Source of the DNA: Eledone cirrhosa
Taxonomy: Eukaryota
Length of the DNA: 64,000 bases
Direction of reading: 5' to 3'
NCBI GenBank assembly: GCA_964016885.1
Contig: OZ024740.1
Location: forward strand, 82,522,001-82,586,000
Shown one piece after another: positions 12,323 through 25,592 of the stretch (position 1 is the stretch's first letter; every line of letters begins with the position of its first letter). The notes beneath the pieces were generated by a model, which ran no database searches, was not told where the DNA came from, and saw only the letters and a program-made list of their open reading frames with translations. Position numbers and translations under genes: made by a program.

Positions 12323-13218
12323 TTGAATCCGAAACAATGCGAACATATACATGTTAAAAGCAACCTTTTAACTTTCCTAACTACAGGAGGATTTCAAAAA
12401 TTATGTACATTTCTTCAAGTCATCATAAACACTGTTAAAATTTGCAAGAAAAAACTAGAGGAAAGTAAATAATGTCTACATCTATTGTGGGTGTTTTATT
12501 CTATTTGATTTTATATATTTGTGCAGACAACATTGTATTTGTTTAATAATTCTCAGTTAGTTAATATAATTAACATCAAATGGTTTTCGCTCATTTCAAT
12601 GACTATTTGTTTTCCTTAATTTAAATTTTGAAAATATGTTAGATATTATTCTCCAATAATATATCGTAATTGATACTTTATTATAAACAACACAGGAATA
12701 TTTTCAATTTGGACGAAGTGTTAAAATATATTGTACTTGAAAAAACGTGAAATAAACTACTCAATTGTATCTACTATATGCTGAACCATCTAGGAAATAC
12801 CTTATGGCACGATGACACTTAAATATAGAAAATATTGAATGATCAATGTTCATATTTCCACTGTGCCACAATTCTTAGAACATACAGCTAAGTAAACCAT
12901 ACTGAAAATTGATTATTGGTCGTATCATATTGGTTATAATGGTTAAGCTCAGATTCCTTTGAGTATATTTTAATACTAAATATATAATTTATCAAATTGA
13001 TATGGGCCGGGCTAACTTGTACAAATTATTTAAGAATGACATGTTAACATGATACAAACTAAACAAAATGTATATTTTACCCGTGCATTGCTGAAAAACC
13101 TACTTTGATATAATTGAAATTTGATATATTGCAGTTACCAAAGTCAGTACATAAACTGAAAATTTAATTTTAAGAATACAAAAACTTCTCATTCGTAAAA
13201 ATAATCCCTTTTACTCAC

Positions 13219-13281
13219 CGTCCAGCGGTTGGAAGTACATGTCCAAATACTACAGCAGATAATTTGAATAAACTCTAGTTT
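13219..13281 (-). other. Candidate 63-nt host exon
   Basis: Minus-strand acceptor TTTTCAG and donor G|GTGAGT in non-repetitive DNA; length divisible by 3; no recognisable protein. Confidence 0.3.
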
Positions 13282-14988
13282 CTGAAAATTAGTTTTACCA
13301 ATCGTCTGAATATAAACATTTTTAATGTTGTTTTACGTCAGTGAATTGACACAGACACAAATCTACACCAGTTTCCAAATATAGCAAGAGTCAAATCTCC
13401 TTTTTAATAAAGGTATTGAAAGATATACTTAGCGTTATGAGAATCTCGCTCACAGGGCATGACATGAAAGGATATCTTATTTATTAAAATACTGTATTCA
13501 TGGTATGATGCGCAGTGCTGCTGATAAACATACATAATATATAATACTATTTGTTTCATGATTAATTGCTATATGCGCTTTGGTAAAAAGGGTGTAGAGA
13601 ATGCTGTTCTGACGAAAATCACTTGGAAAATATTCCAATAAACTTCACTCGGTAACGCAATGTGAAAGACTGTATGCAAACCTGAAGTTGAACCTGCAGT
13701 GGCAGCTGCAAATTCATGTGTGCGCATAACAATTTTAAATTATAAATTGGTGCTTCACAATGCCATACGCACGCTCCTCTCAGATCATCATAGGCACTTA
13801 TTAATATAGAAATAATTTTTACTACGATTCTACATACCTTTGCATGCTGAAATAGCATATTGTTTTTGGTTTTGGTGTATAACAATTGTATACACATTGC
13901 AACAACACTAATATAACATCATATATTGATTTTCTTTCAAGAAATATAGTATAAGTAAGGATATTTGTAGAACACAGTACGTGATTCCATTTCTATTCAG
14001 GACTGAAAGCATTTTACTTCAAACGTACTGATAATACGCTTCAGAAGAGCATGCACGTCATATAATACCTTATCTTTCCCACATACATGTAGTTATTCTA
14101 TTTCAGTAAGAAATATATCATATAAATGCAATTGTACGGGATAAGCCTTAGAGATTCATTTGCAATGCTTTGCAGTAATTCGTTTCATCCGTATACGTTT
14201 AGTTATCACATACAGCCGTCATCGATTTCACTTAAACTACAATTGATACATATACAGTCACATATGAATAACGTTATTCCACATGTCGAAATGCACTCTA
14301 CTAAATATCTGCATGCTTGTCCATGTAATAATGGAGTAATTCTATTGTATGTATGATTATAAATATTGTTACAAGTTTCACATTTTGCGAAGCATATAAT
14401 GGATTACTTCAACCCCAGTGTTTGATTGATACATTAGCTCGATTGATACACTAATCCAAAAGGGATAGAAGCGAACTCATAAAATACAGTGCTGTAATTA
14501 CCTTTGTAAATTACAATTGGCCCTCAAACGATTTTCCATTTGCCATTGAACCTCTTAAATCATGCATATTAGATAGAAATTAGTATTAGTAATTACATGC
14601 AGAAATCAGAAAATTTAGGATTCGAATTTGCTTCTCATTTAACATTTAGTTACTATTTGAACCGACTAACGTTGGACTTATACTCAAAGCGAAACAAACC
14701 CGAATACCAATACAAAACTGGAATGGAAAACGCAATAAACCCATTAATCATTATGTATACAGATGCTTCTGATTGCTTTCGAGTAGGATTCTGGATCTGA
14801 TTGATAAAAATGAGGATGTTCGACGTCCCGACCAGCCAAGTTGTATGCGCTTTATGTGTACGTGTGCGTTACTGTAGAGTGCTAAAATAGATAAGCTAAT
14901 AATGTAGTAAATTGTGGAAGCTTAATAGAATAAAAGAAGAATGAGAGGATAACCTACTAAGTGACGACGGGCATCGTTATCTTGAGCG

Positions 14989-15028
<40 letters not shown>

Positions 15029-15634
15029 TGCGTGTCTCTGTATTCCATTATACTGATCGGTGCTAAACTTAATTTCAGTGAAAAGGGTACGTAAATTGCC
15101 CCCGCCTACATAGTCTTAAATGATTCGTGTTTGCCGTATCAATATATGCCAATTATCATGTTGATATACTCACTAACGAATCAAGATTCCACAGCTATTA
15201 CTCACATTTCTGTACATATATCTTTTAATTGACGCACAGGCGGATGTTCCTTATTCTCAAGCTGAGATACATTGATACAAACATTTCCCAAAACGGCGTC
15301 AAAAGCTGGAATAATTCTAACGTATGCGAACCGGATCAGTATGTTTCACGTAAACAAAATATTGCCTGGCTTCACAGTCAATTGGTTATAAACTATAACT
15401 AAATCAACACAAGAATCGATTTATGTTAACACAAGTCTACCCCAAATGTAGGTTTCACCGTTCGCCTCTCCTGAGACACATCATGAGGGTTAGATGTTCT
15501 TGTAGCAATGATTTACAGCCTGACGTAATTTCTTATTTCAACAGAATACACCAGTTCTTATTACACACGGAGAAATGGAATATATATTTTACACAGGATA
15601 CACATAATATAATGATAGTAATAATAGTAATAAT

Positions 15635-16340
15635 GTCTTTATTCACCACAAGGGCCTACATACAGAGGAAAATACAAAAACACAAGAATAGTGGGGGCTT
15701 ACAATCTAATCAATTAAAACCAAATTAACAAAAATAATTACCATTAAAAATATAACGATACATATTGCCCAATTGCGGGGAGAATCCTCCAGAGGCGACT
15801 CGTGTACCAGAGAGATCCTGAACCATCCATTAATATGTGCCATTCTCACCACATTCATCCAGGGATTAGCAATTGTACCGGGGGCAACACTACTCTCTCC
15901 GCCCTCATCTTTATTTTCAAATGAAACTTGAAAACGTTAATGAGGAATTGGCCAAAGAGGAAAGTCTGACTCCTTGTTCTTTCAACGTGCTCCATCACAA
16001 AACCTCTTTCACTAATGCCATCAGACAGAGGAAAAATGCCTGCTCTTCCTGGCCAAAAGAAAATGCTTCTATTAAAAAGTGAAATTATGTCTTCTTCTTC
16101 TTCTTCTTCTTCTTCTTCTTCTTCTTCTTCTTCTTCTTCTTCTTCTTCTTCTTCTTCTTCTTCTTCTTCTTCTTCTTCTTCTTCTTCTTCCACATATTAC
16201 AGGGAGGGTCATGAGGGTAGAGTCATCAAGCAAGCAGTCCAGTGGGTCCTATCACAAGCAGCCGTCCCCAATTGATGCAGATGGATCCCAAAACGAAACT
16301 AACCGGGCTCCTGAATATTATCCAGCATTATTCTAAAGAA
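15635..16340 (-). mobile_element. L1/Tx1-like LINE 3' fragment interrupted by (CTT)n
   Basis: Minus-strand GQFLINVFKFHLKIKMRAER resembles Tx1 ORF2 C-termini; AATAAA-like signal and (ATT)-type tail near 15610-15645. Confidence 0.45.
16090..16191. repeat. (CTT)n microsatellite
   Basis: Direct inspection. Confidence 0.97.
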
Positions 16341-16584
16341 TCTTCGGATGAGACCCTTTTCAGATGTTTGTATTGTCGATCATATACTTTCAGTTATTAC
16401 ACAAAATGAGGACAATATCTCCCTTCTTGTGACAACCGGATGCTGAAGCTAGCACATTGCTGCACCAGCGGTTGCAATTATTGCTCTGTTATGCTAGAGG
16501 ACAGGTTAAAGGTGGCGGATAGTGATACAACCCCCAGATGTTGTGGTTAGTTGCGTTATAAGCGGGCTATTGCCGGATAAATTA

Positions 16585-17913
16585 CACTGTGTAACATATT
16601 TTTTGTTCCTAGGTTCTAAGTGCCATTTCATGGCTTGTTATATCCCAAGCGGTGGATTGGCAGTATCGGTAGAAGGTTGGACGCCATGCTTTCCAGCATA
16701 GTTACGTCCCTTTACGATCTGAGTTCAAATCTCGCCGAGGTTGACTTTGCCTTTCATCGTCGGGGTCGATAAAATAAAGTACCAGTAATGCACTGGGTAA
16801 TTTCCGGCCTTGTGCCTAAAGTAGAAACAATTATTATTTAATCAGAAGTTTGTGTTTGAGGTCAGGAGTTTGATATTTCGAAATTTTCATATTTTTCAAG
16901 AAAACACAAATAATTTTTTTAATTTTTTAATCAGTTCATATAATTAAATCAACAGGGTACATATTTATTTTATTACACAAGCTTATCAAAAGCAAACAAG
17001 TAAAAACAAACAACACTTATAAAGCAACTTATAAACGTCAGAAATGACTGGATTTCCTGGATTTGCAGTTGTAGTCCAGGTCGCATTCCCACACTAGCCC
17101 CCAGATATATACCCCCATCATTTTTTCATTGTAGTGGCCCTGGTACCTCCGCTCTATATCTTTCACATCTTGGTTGAATCGTTTGCCTTGTTCTTCTGAG
17201 TAGGCGCCCATATTGTCCTTGAATATTTCCAGGTGAGCGTCCAGCATATGGAGTTTAAGCGACATCCTGCATCCCATGGCGCCAAAAGCCTTTATCAGAT
17301 CCTGCACCAGATTCTGGTAGTTTTCAGCTCTGTAGTTGCCAAGAAAGCCCTTAGCAACTCTCTTGAAATAGTTCCATGCTGTTCTCTCAATCCTATTGAG
17401 CTTATTGGACAACTCGGTAGACTCAAACACATTCTTTATCTGAGGTCCAACAAACATTCCACCATTGATTTGGCCTTACATAACTTCGGGAAGAACTCAA
17501 GAGGGTACTTAAAAACTGTTGATTCTTGGTTGAGAGCCTTCACAAACTGCTCTATCAACTCCAAATTAATGTGCAGTGGCGGCATGAGCACAATCATGGG
17601 ATCAACCAGTGGCTCCCACATGACTTTCCGGGTCCCAGCTACAAATTATGTTTGCTGCTCCCAGTTCTTTCTTTTGTAGTGGTCAGAGGTGGCTCTGCTG
17701 TCCCAAAGGCAGAGGAAGCATTGGAATTTGATAAAGCCTCCTTGGAGTCCAAGCAGGAAATCCACGATCTTGAAGTCTCCAGTGATTTCCCAATTGTACT
17801 GGTTGTATTACAGGGCTTCCAAGAGGACTTTCACACTAGTAATCTTCCTTGAGGCAGAGTGAATGAGCTAGGGTCAGTGTCGGGAACTTGTTTCCATTGT
17901 TGAGGAGGACAGT
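16585..17913 (-). mobile_element. Chapaev3-like (CMC) DNA transposon, 3' part with terminus; transposase pseudogene ~17038-17913
   Basis: PPLHINLELIEQFVKAL, FVGPQIK, MSLKLHMLDAHL, SEEQGKRFNQD..ERRYQG motifs; terminus CACTGTGTAACA at 16585. Confidence 0.75.
16648..16836 (+). mobile_element. tRNA-derived SINE (family A) nested in the Chapaev element
   Basis: A box TGGCAGTATCGG, B box GAGTTCAAAT, core GACTTTGCCTTTCATC..GGGGTCGATAAAATAAAGTACCAGT, (ATT)n tail. Confidence 0.85.
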
Positions 17914-18555
17914 AAGAGATATCCACACAGTTATCCTTCTCTTCTCCACTTTTGCCCCACCCCACCTTGAATACTGTTGTCCACTGTGGTCTCCCCACAC
18001 GAAACAAAGTATCATGAAAGTTGAAGCGCCCTAAAGATCGAGTACAAAAAAGATAGTTGGCATGACAGGACTTGACTATTGGAGTCGATAAGAAAAGCTC
18101 AAACTTTATTCCATCCAACGTCGCCGTGAGTGCTACATTATCTGCATGATTTGGAAAATATTCCATCAGCCTTGCCCAAATAATGTTGGCATCACCTGTA
18201 TTGTACATCAAGGCTTGGGCCCCATGCTATCCTCCCAGGACAAAAATTTCAATAGCATCTCATCTCATAACAACAATACGGCACAATCATTTCTCCTCAA
18301 TTGGCCCTGCTCTCTTAAAAATTACACCAAATGACATTAAAACAGAAAGAGACCCCATAAAGTTAGAAAAATTCCTTCAAGAAATCCCGGATAAGCCCCC
18401 TACATCCGGATATGCCTCCGTAAACAATAACTCGTAGCTCGAGTTGGCCATGGTACAAAAACCCTGCTTTGTAAGTCTTTGCCAGGTGGTGCTATTTAGT
18501 TAGACATGGCCTGGGTTAATACTGGCCGAAACTTATCGATGTTATCAAAGTTATA
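17914..18555 (+). mobile_element. 3' fragment of a CR1-like LINE (same family as 43095-45065)
   Basis: Colinear with 44434-45065 (LEYCCPLWSP..., 3' UTR GCCAGGTGGTGCTAT); ends in (TA)n. Confidence 0.85.
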
Positions 18556-18574
18556 TATATATATTAAGGAACCA

Positions 18575-18752
18575 TGGTCTTTCGTCAAATCGGACCGAGG
18601 AAACAAGGTTTCCGCTGGTCTTTCCAGTTGCTGGTACTATCTATTGGTCGCAACCTCAGGTAGAAGGAGCAACATGAAATAAAGTGTCTTGCTCAAGGAC
18701 ATAACGCATCGCCCGGTGCAGGAATCGAACCCACAACAAAAATGTTGTGAAT

Positions 18753-18755
<3 letters not shown>
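18575..18755 (-). mobile_element. tRNA-derived SINE (family B), 5'-truncated
   Basis: Matches 62558-62775; B box GGTTCGATTCC and TGTCCTTGAGCAAGACACTTTA core. Confidence 0.75.
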
Positions 18756-18800
<45 letters not shown>

Positions 18801-18812
18801 TTATTTATGTAT

Positions 18813-18847
<35 letters not shown>

Positions 18848-18864
18848 TAAGACTGTCTATATTG

Positions 18865-18930
18865 TATTTTGTCTGAAGAAGGCATAACATATTGTTAATA
18901 TGATATCCCTGAAATATATATAATGAAATA
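18865..18930 (+). ncRNA. Type I hammerhead ribozyme in a solo pLTR fragment
   Basis: TATTTTGT-CTGAAGA-AGG..CCT-GAAA-TATATA-TA-ATGAAATA; same family at 47384, 52793 and 55213. Confidence 0.8.
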
Positions 18931-18996
18931 AATATGGTTTTATAAATATAATTTCCATTTATTTAATATCGTATACATATGTATATATTTATATAT

Positions 18997-19530
18997 TCAT
19001 TTGGTCTCCTAGTTAGAATTTTAGTCTACGATTTCTGCTATACCATTTACGTGGTTTTGTCTTTGCGTGCTATTGTTCTCCACGCTCCACATATGACTTA
19101 TTATCTTCGTTTTTTCGTTCATTGCCAGAGAACGTCTCTATTCACCACCTAAGAGAACATTAGTCTACGACCTATTTTATACCATAAACGTGGTTTTGTC
19201 TTTGCGCGTAATTGTTTTTCACCGCTCCTATTAATGACGTATTATTCGTTTTTTCCCGTTCTTTGCCAGCGAACGTAACCACGAACCAAAGTATCGTCTT
19301 CCTGTCTTCCTCCGGTTGCAACGTTTTTTGAAATATCCAGTTCTGCTTTTACAGATTGACTTTGTTAGTTTCAGAAGATCCCGTTAAGGGTGAAAGCAGC
19401 GATTCTTTGCTTAAACTTTAATCTGTTATTTTAATAAATATTTGCTCTACGGTTCTTATATATTTGATATATATTTTCCTTATCGAGCCCTCTTTGGATT
19501 TTAGTCTTCAATTTTATTATTATTACTATA
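18997..19530 (+). mobile_element. Solo pLTR of the 8.6-11.3 kb PLE family
   Basis: Near-identical to 10787-11320; partial inverted tail copy at 19620-19707. Confidence 0.85.
19351..19426 (+). ncRNA. Hammerhead motif with CAGAAGA (U4A) core
   Basis: AGTTT-CAGAAGA-TCCC GTTAA GGGT-GAAA-GCAG CGATTCT TTGC-TT-AAACT plus distal stem ACAGATT/AATCTGT. Confidence 0.7.
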
Positions 19531-19964
19531 TGGCAGCGATAATGAGGGACAGAGACCGCTGAAGAGAACTCGTCCATGGATCTCGGGAATTTTACCCGCC
19601 TTAGATATATATATATATATAGTAATAATAATAATACATTTGAAGACTAAAATCCAAAGAGGGCTCGATAAGGATAACTATATATCGAATATATAAGAAC
19701 CGTAGAGTTTCAGAAGATTCCGTTAAGGGAGAAAGTATATATATATGGGGCCCAAGCCTTGGGTGTATATTAAAGGTGATGCCAACATCATTTGGACAAA
19801 GCTGATGGAAAATTTCCCACGTCATACACATAAAGTAGCGCTCCCGGGGACGTTGGTGAGAATAAATATAGCATCCTGTAGCCGATTTTAACAGTATATA
19901 CGGCACAAATTTGACCCAACTCATTACAGTTGAAAATTGCAAACTTGACTATCACCACAGAATA

Positions 19965-20003
19965 TGTACCTGAAGATTGCGAAAGCCTGAAAGTACTTGT
20001 TCA
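19965..20003 (+). ncRNA. Minimal hammerhead, 5' pLTR copy (slightly decayed)
   Basis: TGTAC-CTGAAGA-TTGC GAAA GCCT-GAAA-GTAC-TT-GTTCA. Confidence 0.75.
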
Positions 20004-20215
20004 ATTAACACTTAACATTTAATATTCTACCCTAGTATTTCATTCTAATACCATTATACATTTTAAAGGATTGTAAATATAACAATTAAATTTGACAAAG
20101 TTGGAATTCCTTTTATTAATATAATCTTTTATACTCAATCATACACACCCGTGTATAATTATTTATATAATATATATATATATGTATATATATATTCCTA
20201 TTGTGTATATGCCAA

Positions 20216-23200
20216 CATGTCTGGAAAGCAAAAAATGAAATCAACAGAATCAGAAATAATTCTAAAGGAGATATCATCGAAATTATCAACACTTATCATG
20301 ATGATTGACACACAATCCTCTATTTTAAAGCGAATAGAAAAACAATCTACAGACGGAAAACTTATAACTGAACATATAAACTCTCAAATTATACCCACAG
20401 TTATCAAAGATGCAAGAGTAAGCCTACCACAACCCCCTTGGATGTCAGAACTAAACGAAAGAAATTTGGAAAACAAAACACATCAAATAAGAAAAGAAAT
20501 GTGGAAGACATGGAAAACATTTCTTAACATAACAAAACAAAATTTCTGGAAAGTATACAAATGCGAAAATTATGTCGAAACACATTCGAAATGGCTCTCT
20601 CTAACGGCACCCATACTCATTCGTAAATACCTAATTCCAGAAATTGCAGGAGAACCAGAAGAAGAAACAAAACTCCGATACGAACTTACATTGACAAAAT
20701 TCAGGACCGACATCTCCATTTCTCAATGTAAACAACCCCACTACAAAACCAAATATGAAGCTATTAATGACCAAAGCTAGCAACTGGTAATATGGCTAAA
20801 AAAACTACGAGAACTATGGATCAGAGATACCCCAAAAGAAGAAAGGAAATCAAGAAAGTTATGGCAGCAGAAACAATTATTTCTCGACGAATATGCTGCA
20901 AATTACGGTAAAGACTCTGGAACTCCGAGAAAAAGCATTAAAAGTGGACAATCTCATCAACACAACATATGCCAGAACACGTGCCAACACAAACACTCAC
21001 CTTACCTTGAATCTAAGAAGAACTACGGTAAGAACTATTCGCTTTTTCTACAAAAACACCCTAACGCACACAACATGAACAAAAAGCACAAACACGATAG
21101 ATATTCCTTTGGCCAGACCATGAGAAGTAGAAAAACCAGGAAATCATTCTGAAGATCTCAACAGAGACTACCCACAAGGAACGGGAAAAAAACTGTAGAA
21201 TAACCAGATCACTCTCAAGATCTCAACAGAGATTACCTTCAAGTAACTGGGCGAAAAAGCAATCTAAACCTGAAAGCAAACCTATGTCATTCCCCAGATT
21301 GTTAAAAATAATGCTAACAAGAAATGGAAAAATAATAAACATAATACCAAAAATAGGACAAAAAGCATGACGAAACCAAATATAATATCACGACCAGCAT
21401 GAATATAAATCCTGAACAGAGATAAATCCATTTTTTAACGTCAGGACAAAAAAAAACGGAAAAAGAAAAACTCCAGGAGGAAACATATCCAAAACAACTG
21501 TACACGTAGATCCTAAAATAATTAATTTATCCAAAACAGATCTTGACAATGATGAAATGCAAATTCTGTCAAAAAGACTGAAATTCACACCGACTCCAAC
21601 AGTCAACCACCAAGAACTGAAGGAGGATACCCGAGAATTCTGTCGAAAATTACGACTTGTAGAATTCTTCGCTGATAAAAGTAATTAGAGTGATGAATCA
21701 CTACTAAAGAATAAATCAAATTTCATCCGCCAAAAGGAAGAAATATCTTTCTCGACCAATACATTGACATCATGTCTAAATTTCCTCTTAGACGTAATAC
21801 TAATGTTAGGCCAAACATTAACAAATCAGAAATGTCTGCACTTAAACGTATACAAAATGATAAAACAATAATAATTAAACAAGGAGATAAAGAGGGTGCA
21901 GTTGTTATAATGGATGCTGAATACTACAAAGATTTGGTTGAGGAACAACTGAAAGACACAACATTCTATCATGAAATACCGTCAAATATAGACCACAACA
22001 TCATGAAGAAGATCAACAACCTGGCTTCAACATACCACAACTCACTTACTGATAAGGAAAGAGACTACATCACCAATTTTGAGCCAAACCCCAGCAACCT
22101 GTATGGCCTACCGAAAGTTCATAAGTCAAAATAAATTCAACTGGCAGAAAAAAAAAATAGTGAGTACATTCAATTACTACAACCAAAATACTTAAAACTT
22201 AGACCTCTTAGAGCTGGTCCAACATTCCCTAGCCACCGTCTAAGAAATTTTGTTGACATTATTTTGAAACCACTATGTATTCACATACCCAGTTTCATCC
22301 GGGATGATATCGACTTCCTGTCCCATCTTCCCCAAACCACGGAAACGAATTCACCTCTACTTAATTTTGATGTGGTAAGCCTTTACACCAACACTACAAA
22401 TTATTTAGGAATAACGGCGGTTAAATCCTGGGTTGAAAACATAGAGAGGTGATACCCAGCAGATTCACAGCGCCATTTATATTAGACTCACTCTAACTTA
22501 TTCTGGACAACAACACTTTCTTCTTCAATTGAAAGAATTACATCCAAATTAGAGGCACAGCGATGGGAACGAAGTTTGCTCCCGTTTACGCGAACTCTGT
22601 AATGGGATACTTTCAACAACAACTCTACCAAGAAATAGAGGAAAATATAGCACTGACTTTAGAAAGTACATTGACAAATCTTGGAAGAGATATCTTGACG
22701 ACTGTTTCATCATCTGGACAGAATCTCTAGATACTCTGGATGAGTTCAATATCCTCTTGAATAACCTACACCCATCTCTCCAATTCACAAAAGAGCTGAG
22801 TAGTACAAAATTACCATTCCTAGATATAATGGTAATCAAAAACGACACCACCATTACCACGGATATATATTATAAACACACATACACCCATCAATATCTG
22901 AATTTGAAGTCGTGCCATCCACCTCATACAAAGCGCAACATTCCATACTGCCTAGCCAGAAGAATCTGTACCATTGTAGAATATACCAATACCAGGAACA
23001 AACGCCTAACAAAACTGAGAGAATTTTTGCTCAAATAAAAATACCCATCACTACTTATAGAAAATGGCAGACAGCGGGCTATAAAAATACCTATACAACA
23101 ACTTAGGACAACCCAAGGAAGAAGAAACCAGAACACTTCAATACTGCCAAATGAATTAAAAGGCTTAATTACAGACTGATTTTTGACACTTAGGAAAAGA

Positions 23201-23646
23201 CAGCCGAAAAATTTGAAGCAATTACTAACAAAAGCAAAGTTTGACCTTAACAACAAAGACCAATCGTTCACTGTATCTAAATGCAATGATAGTCGATGTG
23301 GCACATGTCAATCCATACACAACGGTCAATATATGAACACAAAAACTGGAAAAATATTCCCAAATGCAAATATGAACTGCAAAGAAGAAATCTAATTACC
23401 TGCATTAAATGCCCGAATTGTGAAGAACTATATGTCGGTCAAACTGGAAATGCACCATGGGAACGTGCACGCGTGCATCAACAGCAAATAAGAGACCCAC
23501 ATGTCCGTCAGATACCCCTGAGTAACCATCTAGCAATATGTGGTCAGAGAATATTTATAATATTTCCATTCTACAAATTACACAGCCCAAGTGAAATCAA
23601 GAGAAATATCGAAAGAATGTTATTGATAAATTCCAACCCAAGCTAA
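20216..23646 (+). pseudogene. Neptune PLE polyprotein (N-terminal helical region + RT + GIY-YIG), many frameshifts and stops
   Basis: ORF fragments 20151-20780, 21772-22134, 22264-22452, 22757-23038, 23183-23646. Confidence 0.82.
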
Positions 23647-24039
23647 ATGAACAAGAATATTGGGGTATTACTCCTACTATGACTATGACTACGACCATGT
23701 CATGTCGACTACCTCCACTAACAACAACAACAACAATAATAATAATAAAAGTGATGTTGATGGTGATGATATATAGAAAATGCTATTTTCATCATTTCTA
23801 AAAATAACAAAACAATTTATGCTTTGGATAGGGTCAAACAGTAGTCGTTAGACATGCTCAACCAACCGTGACGCCTAAACTAATCAGCTTTAGTAAACCA
23901 GCGAAATTACACACCGATTGGTCGAAATACAGTTTGCAAAATATACCATTCTGTAGCCGCTTTTCATTGTATATAAGGCACAACATTTACCCATCTAATT
24001 ACATTTGAAAATTGCAAACTTGACTGTGACCACAGAATG

Positions 24040-24078
24040 TGAACCTGAAGATTGCGAAAGCATGAAAGTACTTGTTCA
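24040..24078 (+). ncRNA. Minimal type I hammerhead, 3' pLTR copy
   Basis: TGAAC-CTGAAGA-TTGC GAAA GCAT-GAAA-GTAC-TT-GTTCA; GNRA-capped stem II; palindrome AAGTACTT. Confidence 0.87.
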
Positions 24079-24230
24079 AATAAAACATAACATTTAATAT
24101 TCTACCATACTATTCCATTCTAATACCATTATACATTTTAAAGGATTGTAAATAAAACGAGTAAATCAGACAAAGTTGGAATTCCTTTGATTAATATAAT
24201 CTTCTATACACAATCATACACACCGGTGTA

Positions 24231-24280
<50 letters not shown>

Positions 24281-24536
24281 TACACCGGTGTGTATGATTG
24301 TGTATAGAAGATTATATTAATAAAAGCAATTCCAACTTTGTCTCATTCCAGATGATTTCTAAAGAATGAAACAGTTCTATTCTTGTAGAATCTCATCTAT
24401 ATTAAAACTGTTATACTATGCTATGTATTGAGTACCTTACTTACTGTGGTTACCTCCGATTCAACCCGGAATAACGTATATATATATATATATATATATG
24501 TGTATAGTAATAATAAAAAATATGTATTATATATTG

Positions 24537-24590
<54 letters not shown>

Positions 24591-24605
24591 ATAATAATAA
24601 TAATA

Positions 24606-24649
<44 letters not shown>

Positions 24650-24728
24650 ATATATAATCTATAATGTATATATAATATATATGTATATTATATATATATA
24701 TTGAACATATATATATATATACATATAC

Positions 24729-24778
<50 letters not shown>

Positions 24779-24952
24779 ATGTGTGTGTGTGTGTGTAGAT
24801 AAATCTAGCAAAATATAGCAATCCGTATGAAGGACTCAATGTAATCCCAATATAGAAGATATCATAAAAAGTGAAGATGCATTCAAAAATTTACGATAAG
24901 CGTCATAAGAAAAGAGAGTCGAGACAAATTAATAAAAACAATGAAATAAAAA

Positions 24953-25089
24953 CATCATTTCTGAGAACGGCTGGTATATGTGAATGTATCTATATTTTCT
25001 CTGATAATTTGTAATATTTTTCCATAGATCTTAAACATGATAAACATACCAAAGCACATATACATCCCAGAAACGATCGTAAAATGATG
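24953..25089 (+). ncRNA. Degenerate hammerhead with long loop II
   Basis: CATCATTT-CTGAGAA...GAAA-CGATCG-TA-AAATGATG; 8-bp stem I, imperfect core. Confidence 0.55.
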
Positions 25090-25275
25090 AATTTGTTGAT
25101 ATAAGGAACTTTTTCTTTGCTTTTATTTCATTGTTTTTATTAACTATTTATATATAAATATATATAACAGTCGCCGTGTTTTTGACTGGTGTGTCTCCAT
25201 ATGAGGGAATGAATTCTGTGAGAGGACACCGTTATGTTTTCTTCTTCATATCAATAATTTGAAGACAATTCATTT

Positions 25276-25349
25276 TCACCTGATGAGTTCAGTGATAATC
25301 GATCATGGCTTCACAATCGATCTATCTCTTATTGAAACATGTGTCGTGA
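25276..25349 (+). ncRNA. Type I hammerhead ribozyme
   Basis: TCAC-CTGATGA-...-GAAA-CATGTG-TC-GTGA; GUC site; base of stem II imperfect. Confidence 0.7.
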
Positions 25350-25359
25350 TTAAATTATT

Positions 25360-25592
25360 GGATTTTCAAAAATAATTTTGAGATACAGCGCCCGTGATGT
25401 TTGATTAGAGCAAACATCACGGGCGCTCTATCTCAAAATTATTTTTGAAAAGCATTAGAAATGCGCCACCGGTAAAATTAAAACCAAAACTGAATAGTAA
25501 CCAATACTATTACTAATTTTTACTTATTCCTAATTTAACTATTTTTCACTGAGAACAATTTGTCAGCATTTCCTTTTCCTTTTACCAATCTC
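25360..25592 (+). mobile_element. Short fold-back pLTR fragment (arms 25362-25403 and 25411-25451) with UUGAAAA hammerhead-like motif at 25441-25478
   Basis: Homologous to 57070-57262; ATTT-TTGAAAA-GCATT AGA AATGC-GCCA-CCGG-TA-AAAT. Confidence 0.7.

Larger units (their letters stand above)
19870..24345 (+). mobile_element. Neptune-type Penelope-like element, near full length, direct pLTRs ~19870-20165 and ~23945-24240, short inverted tail 24278-24345
   Basis: LYGLPKVHK, FDVVSLYTN, GTAMG, WKRYLDD, FLD, Cys linker CNDSRCGTC, CPNC..YVGQT..H..H GIY-YIG. Confidence 0.88.

Noticed and set aside
19555-19600. CTGAAGA hits here and at ~4293 (-) and ~38940 (-) as hammerheads
   Set aside because: No correctly placed GAAA-NUH or stem I
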